Shown here one piece after another: positions 34,400-46,637 of a DNA stretch of 64,000 bases. The stretch is from Perkinsus chesapeaki ATCC PRA-425 (taxonomy: Eukaryota > Protista > Perkinsozoa). The stretch lies in NCBI GenBank assembly GCA_013115145.1, contig JAAPAO010000131.1, positions 2,794-66,793 on the forward strand. The letters are read 5' to 3'. Below the pieces are notes generated by a model. The model did no database searches and was not told where the DNA came from. It worked only from the letters and a program-made list of their open reading frames with translations. The translations under genes and the position numbers were made by a program. Positions within the stretch are counted from its first letter, which is position 1. Every line of letters starts with the position of its first letter.

Positions 34400-37300
34400 C
34401 TAAACATGTAAATGGCCGAAGTTAAATCTACTTGGCTGGTCTACCACCAAAGCATAGCCAAGCTCGCCAGTCCGTAGCCTTTGCTCGGACATACTGAAAG
34501 AACGCAATCCAGCAGCAGCAGCATTGTGCAATACCGTAGCCAGGCTTACAGGGGCGGGTTGGTCATGAACGACCTGAACTTCAGTAGTCTTAACAATGCC
34601 ATGAGGGAGCCATGGGTCAGTGTCTTTAGGAAGGCTTAGGTCCACTGGGGCGCCGTTCGCAGGAGCCTGGCGAGCGTAATGGACTGTAGATGTAGGGGTG
34701 ATGAGCTTACCGAGATGCCGCACTTCTTAGCTCTTTTCTCTGGAGGGAGCTCATGGAACTTGTGGAAGATTTCCCTCATAACCTCAACACGTCCCTCTAG
34801 CTGTTCCAAAGACCAAGTACCTGAGGGGAGAGCCCGTCGAATCGATGAAGCTGGAGACTTCCAACTTACAGACAGACTTGTAGTTCTTAGTGCCCGGCTT
34901 CTCCAGCCTAGACATTCTAACGTTGACGATGTCCTCCGCGTTGAAGTCGGAATGCTGTCCCTCGGCCTGGACATGGTCCACAAAAATCTCAATTGTGTAC
35001 TTGTACCTGCCGATATTATTCGGAGAGAAAAACCCTTCCGAAAGCTTACGGTCGAACAGGATAGAGATCCTGTGATATCTCATTGGCCTCATCAACCAGC
35101 GGCCACAGCTTCTTCAGTGCATAGTCGACGACCGCCTTGTACTGCTTACTGCCGCTTCCCCATCTGCCAGTATGATCAGCGCCGCTGTAGCAATAGCAGA
35201 ATACCTCTCCTTTGCCTTGGTGAGATAGAACTCGAGTTCAGCTGGGACCTGGCCGTCCAGCTGGGCCATGGCCTGCTCGAAACTCATGTCCTTATCCTCT
35301 TTATGGTTGGGGAAGTGTATTCGCACCATAATGGCTTTACCCAGGAGGATGTTATCGAGGTGATGCCTGCCACAAGTGCCATGATCCTTCCACTTTGGCG
35401 CCTAGCCTACAGTTTCTCTTTGTCTCCTGCCTTAAGCCGTCTGCCATTAAGCTGTACCGAGCCTTTCTCTGACATCATTTGAATCCCAACCTTGCCCTCC
35501 TCTGGGCACACAAACTTGCACAAGGGCTCATCATTAGGAATTCCTAGACCGCGCACCACCACCTGTCAGCACCAGAGTCAGCAGTACCGATGGCTTTGCC
35601 GCTGGCTTACCGCGCATTTGTGCTTATGGCTTCCGACTAAGAACTCGTGATGGCCATGAAGTGACCAGGCAAGGCTGCCACTCAGAAGGGGATCGGAAGA
35701 CACGTTAAGAAGGAAGGGATGCTTCCTGTCCACTACGTCCTGACAAGAATGCGATAATTTCCTGGCGCGCAGTAATCGTTCCCCCTCACTCCATGCTTGA
35801 TCCCCTTCTGTTTAAGATATGACTCCCTGTCCTTTGCCATTTGCTTGTTCTTTTTGAGTTGGTCATGGAAATCCGTTTGCATCAGCGATATCTCGTGCTT
35901 ATGTGCCTCCAGTTCAGCCTAGCCAGGCAAATCTTCCAGCAGCACACCCCTCGAACCTCCTCTCACCTTCAATTTCTTGATCTCCTCATTCTGCTCCTTT
36001 TCCTTTGCTATCCTGTCGGGGTCGTCCACTCCCTTAGCAGCAAGCTGCTTCTTCAGTGCCTCCATGGCTTTCTTCATAGCATCCACATTTCCAGCCTGAA
36101 CGGGACAGCCACACAGAGCACTGCCAAGAGCCGCTCTTACCGCCGCCTGGTTCTGGACAGCCGAGGTCTGGACCTTCTTAACGGAGGTGGCGAATCTCAG
36201 AGTCGAGACGGTCTCAAAGATTTCGGAGCCAGAAGGCGAAATAGCAGCGATCTGATAACCATTGATGAGATGCTGGTGTTACTTTGTGAGGCTACCATAA
36301 AAGTTTTGCTGTTGCCAGAAAGCGAGTCCTTAAGAAGGAAAGTGAGCTTGGAGTTACGGAAGGGTACATGGCCCTTACCTTTACCTTCAGACAGCGTAGC
36401 TATCACCTACAACATCAATAAGTAATTAAAATGCAAGGTGCCAGGTTCGAACCTGGGCGAGAGTCGAAAGAGACTTGTTGATGGCGATTCCCTCCTTAAG
36501 TCGACTGCCTTCTGAATGTGTCTTCGCCTGTCTCTCACTACCAGCAAGATCGACAAGGTTGATTCTGAGGCACTAAATGATAAAGTAATATATCATATAA
36601 TAGCCCACCTTGAATGAAGGTCTCCAGTGCCATCAGCACTTACACGTTGGACCCTTAATGTGAAGACAGCATGCGAGCGGGAGGATACAGCGTTCATATT
36701 GGTGGCCCCAACGGCTCTATAAAATACAGTCGGATATAGAGAGCAGGAAGAAACGATCTCACCTCTGGGCTGTACCGTAGTCAAGAAGGCCTTTCACATC
36801 TTTCAATGATTCTACAGCTGCCTCGACAGCTCCGGAGATTATCACACCTTGGCCGGCTTGATCGTAAAGGGACAGACCCTCCTCTAAATTGGCAGGGGTA
36901 TCTTAGGTTGAAGGTTACATAACATACCATTGGTATCTTCGTCTCCAGCTGCTAGAAGATCTCGAATCTTTTCATTATATATTTCAAGGTAAGATACCCA
37001 TACGTGAGTTTGAGGGTACTTTGGATCTGCATGCTCCACCTTGGCGAACAAGGCCTTGGTTAGCCTTGGTATCATACCTGATACCACACTTCTTCTTTAT
37101 CGCAGCAGCACTAATATGCTTACCAGGATCTCCCGAGCCTCCAAGCATACTGTAACTCTTTCCACTGCCTGTCTGACCATAGGCGAACAGACACCCATTG
37201 TAGCCATCCATGGAGTTATCCAGTATAGCCTTGCCGATATCATCATAAAGCTGAACGGAAAGCATTCAACGTAATGTGGCAGTTTATTACCGTAGAGTTG

Positions 37301-37592
37301 TTGGCTCGACTGCTGGCCGATTCAGTACTATCATAAGCGTAGTCATAGAAGAATGTCTTCCCGGCAGCTGGTGCCTTCCCTGTAGACTTCTCGTTCTCCT
37401 TGGGTATTTCCCCAATAACTTGACCTATAATAACACGTCTCTTTAAGCGTCTCTTCATCCCCTTTTGTTCCCTTTACATGCGTTGCCTTCTATAAGAATA
37501 CTCTGTTTTGCCCCCAATGCCTTCTCCCTATCATTGAATGGCCTCATACGTATGGCCACTTTAATATTATCATCTTTCTTGGCTCCTCCCAT
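34400..37592 (-). CDS. Kinesin-3 family motor with coiled coil and FHA-like domain
   Basis: [89 protein letters not shown]-like end ...[18 protein letters not shown]. Confidence 0.92.
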
Positions 37593-38012
37593 GTTCCGGA
37601 GTTCAGTAATGTAGAGTGCTAATAGACAGGCGGCGGCGGCAGTGCGGCCGTCTCTAATCTTGCTACTCTTACGTTTCCTTAATGTTTCTCGCACCTCCTC
37701 CGAAATATGTTTCCCGCGTCTCCTCTACGATATTGTGACAGCGCGTATGAACGATTCAGGTGTTCAGAGGTGGTGTATGCATGTTATTCATTCTAGCAAT
37801 ACCTGTCACTTCCGAGGCTCACTGACTTGACACCAAATTCGGCAGCTGCTTAGGTCCGTCTTGGATGAGGCTAGATTTGTCGAACTCTCCACCGGTTTCT
37901 TTCGAGCCATAGAGCGTTCTGCTACACAATACACAAGAATGGGCGACTCATTCGTCCTCGGACGTGAGAGACTAACTCAGAACTGCCACTAACAGTTGTT
38001 ATACCTTTTATC

Positions 38013-38887
38013 ATGCTGCTGCATATATGTAAGGTTATCCTAATCTATTTAATTACACTGGAAGGGGTGACAGCTTTACAATCGAATAGAAAACGTAAAA
38101 GTTCAAGCCCATCCGGCGATGATGCTCCCGGCAATAAGCGCCCCAATAGCGGCGCTCTCGCTTGGAGGGAACTAAAACGAGCAAACGGTGATGAGGATGA
38201 TGATGAAATGGCGTGGTCTGATTCCACCAGCAATCCGGGGTCACCTGCTATGTCGGATGAGCCGGAGCTTGACCGAGGCCCGTCAGGTGGCGTATCGTCA
38301 CAAGGAAAGACGAAGCACGCAGTGTTCCAGGTAATCCGCTTTGGGCTGAAGTGGATTTTCCTATTTTTGTAGGATGGCTACCGTATTACATTACTGCCAA
38401 CTTCTGAGTGCGACATTTTCCGTGATCAAGGCTTCAGCTGGAGTTACCACGTCGCTGGTGGGTACGTGACAACCACAGACATATTATGCCAGGACGGAGG
38501 GAAAACGTATACGAACACTTTGTAAGCCTCAGAACAGCCTACTTCGGTGGCTCTGTTGAAATGCGAGCTTGAAGCATATGTTTCAGTAATCGAAGAAGCC
38601 AAAAAGCTACTGAGGTGACGTACGATGGAGTGATCGCACCGCAAGCTGCAGTTAAGCACATCAGAGACCCACTTGCAGAATCTAAGATCCCGGCAAAGAA
38701 CCCGGAAAATAGTGGAGACTGTTTGGATGCTGCGAATGCCGTGAAAAACTTCTTAATGAGTGGCAAAGGCCAAGGAGGCTTCTACGACTTTTTTGAGACG
38801 CTGTGTTCGTTTTATAAAATGAATGTGTTCGACAAGATAGAAGAGTCAGATAAGGTGGACATCTCAGAGTTGAAGATACGTGTCTAA
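38013..38887 (+). CDS. Hypothetical secreted protein, paralog A (signal peptide + basic NLS-like patch)
   Basis: Three phase-compatible exons. MLLHICKVILIYLITLEGVTA-LQSNRKRK. Homologous to 39662-40518 with the same intron positions. Confidence 0.7.
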
Positions 38888-39172
38888 CTCATGACGATAC
38901 TCTATTATTTGTTGATGTTATAACCATTTGCCATTGCGTTGTAGAGTATATACGGTCATCTATGCGACAAAACATCGACGAACTGCTCGTCCACTAGTTT
39001 ATAAACGTGTACAGAACCACATTTTGAGAATGTAACACGGAGATGCTGACGTTGGTGCTTATCGAGTTGATCGGCGTATAGAAGCTGTCGGATAGACAAC
39101 AAGAGTTGTACACTTGAGTCAAGTGACTTGACCTTGAATCGGTACGACGTCTAGAGCGCCGTATGTGCATTA

Positions 39173-39254
39173 GCCCCCAATGCCTTGTCCCTATCATTGC
39201 ACGACCCTACATATGGCCAATTTAATATTATCATCTTTCTTGCCTCCCCCAATG
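39173..39254 (-). pseudogene. Decayed copy of kinesin exon 1
   Basis: Aligns to 37510-37593 (gcccccaatgcctt...ttaatattatcatctttcttg). The ATG is lost and the frame is broken. Confidence 0.85.
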
Positions 39255-39661
39255 ATATGAAGCGATCGACACTGACAAGTGATACTGCCTCTACTATTCG
39301 TCTCTTACATTTTCTCCATGTTGCACATTTCCGTCGGCACCTTGTTGGCCTCGTCTCCCTCCAAGAAAGCCTCTCAATGGACCAGAGTATTCCGAAAACG
39401 ATTTAGGGATGATACGAAAGCTTTGAAGTGCTCCCTCCGTTTTATTCTTCCTGGTGAAACGGATCGTGCGAGATTTTTACTCGTCAAGCGCCCCATGGCA
39501 GATCCCAACATGGCTAGGTCAGTTTGGAGACTAGACTCGTGGAACTTGCCGACATTTGGCCCGCAGCCCTAGAGAGCTCTGTTATACAATAAGTAGTTCA
39601 ATCGTGCCCGAAGTTGAGTCGGAAGTTTGTCACTAACAGTTTTTACACGTATTATTGTATC

Positions 39662-40518
39662 ATGCTGCTGCGCATCTGTAAGGTTATCCTAATATGTAAC
39701 ATTACACTGGGAAGGGTGACAGCTTTACAATCGAATAGAAAACGCAAGAGGCTAAACCAGCACAACGATGAGCCTAGGAGTAAAATCGCTTGGAGGGAAT
39801 CAAAACAAGCAGACAGTGATGATGATGAAATGGAGTGGTCTCGCAATCCAGGGTCATCGGCATTTTCCGATTACCAGGACCTCCCTGAGCCCCATCTTTC
39901 CAGTGGTTCATCTCCGGGTGGCAAGGTGAGTTCCTACCTCTGCTCAATGTCCCGCGTTATATCTGGATGATTTATCCCTTATAGGAGGGTTATCAGCCTC
40001 GATTCTTATCATATGTTGGCGAGTGCGAGATCGAAATGGATGAATTAAAATGGAATTATTACGTGATGGAAGGAGGCTACGTAGCGACCACCGATACAAC
40101 TTGCAACTACGACGACATATACTCCATCACCTTGTAAGTTACTCAGTGTACTCACCCACACTTTGTGAATTACCATCTCCCCACTTATTGGCTTTATCGC
40201 GTTCGTTTCAGTGAGAAGGACAACCAGCAAACGGAGTTTGCAATGGAGGGGTTAATGATGGTCCCAGAGGCCGTACTGCGAAAGTTGAAGGATCCACTCG
40301 CCGAATTGAAGGTGCTGGCAACAGTGCCAGTCGCAAGCGACTCTGAGGGATGCCAGACCGTCGCCGACTCCGTTAAAGACTTCATCTTAGCTAAGAGTGA
40401 ATCCAACGCCAGGACCTTCAGTGATTTTATTAAAGTGTTTTGTTCGTTTTATCGAGAAAGTATATTCGAGAAGGTAAATCGTTCAGATATGATCGACATT
40501 ACAAAGTTGACCATCTAA
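39662..40518 (+). CDS. Hypothetical secreted protein, paralog B
   Basis: MLLRICKVILICNITLGRVTA-LQSNRKRKR. Shares AWRE.K, DDDEM.WS, GGYV.TTD..C, DPLAE, CSFY and SD..DI with paralog A. Confidence 0.7.
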
Positions 40519-41295
40519 GCTAGTTTAGCTCATGACAGTCATTGCTGTTGATGTTACAAGCTCTATAGCAGCAGCCTTGTGTGGTTAGTGATTCTTTCGG
40601 CCGCCGGGGGGTACTTACAGCCAAACTGCGCTGTAGTGTAACGTAAGTTCACCGAACTAATTTACCGTAGTCGGAAATACACCTATCACCGGAAAGTTCG
40701 ATAATATAACCCCTCGTCCCGGAAGTCTCTAATCTGCTCAAAGAGCTAGTAGCCTAGTTAGTTCGATTGTCCACAGCCTCCTATTGGTTGCGGAGTGGGA
40801 CCCTCCAACATGTTTCGCGGACTGGCTTATTTCGTGAACTTGAACTACGTGAGTGTTGTTCCTCGAATATGGTCATGGAAGACATACTGCGATAATTGTA
40901 TGGGATGGGAAACGGGAAGGATCTTCCCGGAAGATCGACCCACCACGGTAAAATACCAAGGACAAGTCATTGCCAAGGTCTGGTCATGAAACGACGACCA
41001 GGCATTGGCCTTCCACACAAAACCGTCTTCTCTGTGATTTCCCGGCCTAGATTGTTACCATCTTCGCCAAGAGTGGGCATAAAGCTTTTGTGTTCATCAC
41101 TATTATCTGAGGTTGCCCTGGTCTAAAGTTCAATCGTCTATTCACTGATGTCTGTGACCTTCCTCTCCACTAGACAACACAAGAGGTCTCGTCCTGGGAA
41201 ATGAACGTTGTAATGGTAGTGTTGTCATCACCGTGGATAAACAGTAGATACACAGAAAACAGGACAGTTGTAGCGATCTGCTGCCTCACTCCCAT

Positions 41296-44200
41296 TTATC
41301 GTCTCCTGCGGCCACCCTTCGACTTCCCTCCCTTTCCTGGCTTATCGTCGACGACCTCCTCGTGCTTGAACTGTATCACAGCAGCAGCAGAATCATCATC
41401 ATCATCGTCATCAGAGTCGACTTGCACTTTTTTCCCTGCCCGACCGCGGCCCTTATTCTTCTTGGCGAATCTGAACAGCGAATGGGAGCCCGCGAATCTT
41501 ATCGAGCCGCTCACTGAGCAAGGAAGGCATCCTCGTCCTCCGAGTCAGACTCATCAGAGTCATCGTCCGAACCCGATTCTGGTGGTGGAGTAGGCGACCT
41601 ACGGCCCTTGTTCTTCTTTTGTTTGGCGAACCTATTAGGGACCAAGTGAGCCCAAGGCATGCCAAGGGTCTTACTGTGCTAAGAAGGCATCTTCATCATC
41701 ATCACTTTCATCCTCATCATCATCATCGCTATCAGACTCCTCTACGACAGGCTGGCGAGATTTACCACCGGCAAACCTAGGACATCATCGTCCGACCATT
41801 CATCCGACGACATCAAGCCTTACATTGCCAAGTCGAGATCGCTATCATCATCATCGTCTGCTTCCTCCTCCTCTTCTTCCTCCACCACTTCCACCTGAAG
41901 TCAGTAGTAACTGCAAATGTTCATCCATATGTTGTCATACCGGCTTCTCCTCCTTCTCCTTCCGTTTGCTCTTCTTCTCCTTTTTATCCTTCTTCTCCTT
42001 CTTTCTCCGTTTCTCCTCCTCATCATCATCATTGCCTTCCTTATCCTTCTTAGATTTCTTCTTCTTATCCTTCTTATCCTTTTTCTCCTTCCCTTCCTTA
42101 TCCTTATGATGATGGTGATGATGATGCTTATGTTTCGTCTCCTCGCCATTCTCCGTCAACGAGTCCAAGGACTACAGCCAAAGTCGCTGTGGAGTCTATG
42201 ATACTAGTCTACCTCCTCAGCGATCGACTCCACATCCTTTGATCGGCTCTTCTTCTTCCCACTAGGGGCCTCGGCAACAACTGCCGGAGCGGCGGCGACC
42301 ACAGCAGCAGCAGCAGCTTCCTAAGAATAACACTTTTCCACAGAACGCACCTTAAATTTGTGAGTGGTGATTCCGCTAGTAAATATGGATGTAACTGGCA
42401 GCAGTTCCCATATGGGAGGACTACTGTGACTCTAGAGAGAGTCTCAAGGTGTTTATGGAAGTTAGAGCTGCTGGTCCGAGTGACCGGAGGAGAGCCAGGT
42501 GAAGGACTAAGACGTCGAGATTGATGACGCTCCACTTGGAGACGACACTGCCTGGGAGCTGGCTCCCCAGCCTGTCTCTTAACTGCTATGCTTTCATACT
42601 TGGTACAGTCGGTAGTATGCCAGACGGTGTGGGCTATTGCGCAGCGTTGTCAGTCGGCGAATGATGCGTGAAGTGGAATGTGACTTTATGGGTACATGTA
42701 GTACGATTCCTAGTACGATTAGCATACCTCCTTTTCCTTTTGCTCCTGCAGTCTCTTCCTCTTAGCTTCCTCTTTCCTCTTCTTCCTCGCCTCATCCATC
42801 ATAGCAGCCACTCCCAACTTAGCCTTTTTTCCATTCTTAGGACCGGTAAGCTCCAACTTCGCCGGTTGGGAAGCAGCAGCAGCCTGCTCCTCCTTCCGTT
42901 GTGCCTCAGCTGCCACATGCGCGCTTTCGACCCTCTTCCGTCCGAGTCTAGCTGCATGACGCTCCATCTTAGACTTCCTATTCGCCTCCATCTGCTGCTC
43001 GACCCTCCTCTCCCGCTCCTCGACCTCAGCCATAACCCTATTGCGGTACTTATCGAAGTTGCCGTTGAACTTCCAAACCGTGCCGTCGGAGCAGATCCAC
43101 ATCTCGCAATCGAGGCTCTTGATAAGCCTGGCGTCATGGGACACTACCACAACACCGCCGTCCTGACAAAAATCCATCTTCCTGGCTCTTCATTCCCCTA
43201 TTACGTATTCCTCCAGACTGTCAATAAGAGCCTCAACAGTTTCAATATCAAGATGGTTAGTAGGCTCATCAAGAATAAGCAGATGAGGTGCTCTCAGGCC
43301 CAGCAGGGCAAAAGCCACACGGGCCTTCTGACCACCGGACAAGTTGCCGATATGCTTAACGTGCGACTCGGAGGGAAGACCGTACCGTCCCAAAATCTGA
43401 CGGGCTTTCTCCGGCGTCTTGACTTGTGCCGGGCCAGGTAGGGTTCGGCCAACCTGCAGTATTTGCTCAACAGGTGTGAGAGCTAGATCAAGTTTCTCCT
43501 CGAAGTGCTGGGAGAAGAGCTCGACCCTCAAGCCGTGGTTGGCCATTATCTCTCCCTCAGTCGGCTCCAACTCAGATGTGAGCAGCTTTAGGAATGTCGA
43601 CTTGCCCGAACCGTTCGCACCAACAACGGCGATTCTCGAAGTGCAGTCGACACCGAACTCTACGTGGTTGAGGATATAAGGAGGCTTGCCAGAGTAGGAG
43701 AAGGAGACGTCCCGAAGGCCCAGACCTCCCAGGCGGTCGTCCTGGCCTTGGCCCTTGAGATTGAATTTAACCTTGTACTCTACAGGCTTCGTAATGTGAG
43801 CGTTCTTCTTCATAAGGGCCTCACGGTCAGCCTTGCTCTTGCAGTTCTTCAATTGCCTCTGGAGCAGGTCCCACTCCTTGCTCTGCTTTGCCACCTGCTG
43901 CTCGTGCATGCGTTGGAAGTCAGTATAGCCTCCACGATATCTGAACCGGCTCTCATACTAACGACCCAGGTTCGAACCCCACACCCTATTATTACTGCAT
44001 AAGCTTCTTATTCTCTACCGATATGATATCAGTACAAACGCTATCAAGGAAGTCAGCATCGTGACTCACCACCAGCACCGTATAGGGGTACTGCTCGGCA
44101 AGGTAATGGTCCAACCTAGGCAAGCCATACAGACACCGCCCCCCCACAGAAGTCCCTACCAGAGGACTGCATCCAGATCCAAATGGTTAGTAGGCTCATC

Positions 44201-46112
44201 CAGCATTAACAACTTAGGCTGCATAAATAACGCTCTAGCAAGGGACACACGCATCCTCCAGCCTCCAGAGAACTGTCGCACGGGCTTCTCTTGGTCCCTT
44301 ATCAACAGCACATCACTATTATAATAACAACAGCACTCCCTCATTACTCTGGTGTGAATCCAAGGCCTGCCAAGATCTTCCTAACCTTGGCCTCCTGTTT
44401 GTCAGCTTCCCTCGCCGAGAGACTTCTGATGACCTCCTCGAGCCTATCCTGCAACTTCATAATATTTTCGGTATCAGCAGCCTTCTCCTCGTCATCTGCA
44501 GCTTCGTCTAATTGCTTCATTATATCATCTTCCTCCTTCAGTAGCTTCACCGTAGTAGCATCAGCACTAAGAACCGCATCGATGACCTTGGAATCGGTGG
44601 CCTTGGCCTCCTGCTCGACCAGGAAGACATCCCAGGAGTCGGACACCGGTATAGCTCCATGCTGAATGTGCTTCAACAGAGTTGTTTTACCATAGCCGTT
44701 CGGGCCCAACAGACCGTACCTATATCGATAAGTTGAGGCAAAGTGTCAGATGCGAGGATCGAACCTGTGCCCTTGGACTATCCTAAAGCTGGCATCGACA
44801 AAAAGCTGCTGTTTGGGTGCAGAGATTGACAGACCCTCCACTGTGAGGGCATTATCGTCACATTTAATGCCGCCCTCAGGGACCGACATAGAGTATGCCT
44901 CCAGACCAGTTGGTGGGACGTATCTGCAGACCAATAGACCTCTAATCACATATGATACATCTAAAATTCGAACTAGGCTAATATAGACAGCAGCCGAGTC
45001 AACGGTGAAGTGGGAACAGTTGTTCATGTCATTGTAATGGGCAAATCAATTAAAAAAGTTATATTAAAATCCGCTGCTGTCCTAGAATCGGGTTTACGAA
45101 AACACGATTACGATTTCAGAACTAGCCCATCGAGTTCCGGTATGGTATCCTACCCTGCCCGAATATTCTCCACACGTTTCTTTTCCTTTTCCTCTTGTTC
45201 AGCCACCAGTGCAGCAGTATCCGTAGCTTGCTTCTTTATTTGAGACAACAACAGCCTAGTAACCATAGTACTGGTGAAGTCAGGTCGGATAAATATAAGG
45301 CGTCCAGCCGTGCCTGAGACACACCATTCAGAGCCCCTACCGCGGCCATGTGCTCGCACCTAGTTTAACATCAACGTAGGGAAGCTCATCATGGACGTCC
45401 TCCAGCTTCGGCACTTGGACTTCGGCATAATTAACCAGGCGGACATGACTGATGCTAGCATCTCCTGTGTACGAGACTACGTCATCAAAGGCGTATCTTA
45501 GGTTGAAGCGCTGATGCCAAAATTTCCCTCCGAAGGCCATTACGCGTCGAATTTGAGCTTCTTAGGCTTCTCTCCCTCTTGGCTAGGCAGTACCTCATCG
45601 AACTTAACGGCCGATTCTTCCTCCTCATCAGGGTCATAGACCAACGTGATGATCTACAGTGACGTCAGAGCCTCCATGGCTCCAGCCCACCAGCTACCTG
45701 TGCCGTTAGTTTCAATCGGAGAGTGACGGCCTTAGTGGACTGCGGGCATTGGACGAAACCAAAGCCCATTGTGGATCGGAAGTCCCCCATATTAGTAAAC
45801 ACACAGTCGGAGTCCTTGCCAAAGACTTTGGTACCTCCAGTGGGTCTAACCTTATTGACCTAAGATACGTCACTCCCCAGCCAGCCAGCAGCCCCGCCCT
45901 ATTACAAAGGTAGCTCCTTGACCATCTATAATCTCCACCCTCTCTCCCAGTGCTTGGATGACATCTCTTCGATTCAGCATGTTACCAGCTCCATCCATTA
46001 CATAGTCGTTAGGGAAGGCGTCCTCGTCCATAGCAGCAGCCCTTCGTTCCTCTGGAGTCTGCTTCTTACTAGCAGCAGCAGCGGCCTTCTTTGCTTTGGC
46101 AGCTTTACCCAT
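41296..46112 (-). CDS. ABC-F ATPase with novel N-terminal domain and long charged C-terminal tail
   Basis: NBD1 GPNGYGKTT / [16 protein letters not shown] / LDEPTNHLD; NBD2 GANGSGKST / LSGGQKAR / LDEPTNHLD; no TM segments. The core (46112-42728) is firm. Joining to the tail exons (42320-41296) via the GTATG donor at 42727 is inferred. Confidence 0.85.
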
Positions 46113-46637
46113 TATATAGTCCTTGTCGTTTTGATGATGACAGACAAGCTACCATTCAGCGATGCTGCCCCACTACAACTCAACAACATAATGAAACCGT
46201 CCAGAGCAATGGCTAAGGCCCAAGTGATAATATAAACTAACATAGGAGTAAAAAGCATCTTATACGAGGCCAGCCACTTTAGGTTCTATCGGTTTATTGT
46301 TGCACAGTAACCTCAATTAACGCCACGGCCCGAGGACCACAGGTGACGCAAGGTAACAAAATGAGAGTACCGTTCTGACTCAGGGCGGCAATCAAGGCTG
46401 TAATTATGCCATTTCCATGCAGCCCAGATCCACGCCGGCAACCCATACGTGTAAGACTAAATACTGTCAACCACCGGTTCTCATATGGGACACTTCCCTT
46501 CATCTACAGCTCTAGAAAATATTTTTGTGAAAAATGCGGAACGTAAGTCGCTTCGCTCCGCTAACAGCGCAGAATTGTCCCCGCTTACGTCTTGGGTCGC
46601 TGCGCTTCCCAAGACCTCTTTATCAGCCAATTACTAA

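Noticed and set aside
36441-36456. Palindrome CCAGGTTCGAACCTGG resembling a tRNA T-arm/B-box
   Set aside because: Lies in a ~60-nt kinesin intron; 6-nt loop and no D or anticodon arm.
40795-41230. Short ORFs between paralog B and the ABCF tail
   Set aside because: No consistent exon chain or motif could be built on either strand.
42325-42700. Alternative exon chain (LRDRLGSQ...|SPPIWELL...HKFK) in the long ABCF intron
   Set aside because: Phase-compatible but not protein-like; cannot be separated from chance without RNA-seq.
42668-43441. 257-aa plus-strand Leu-rich ORF
   Set aside because: Antisense of the Glu/Lys-rich ABCF exons.
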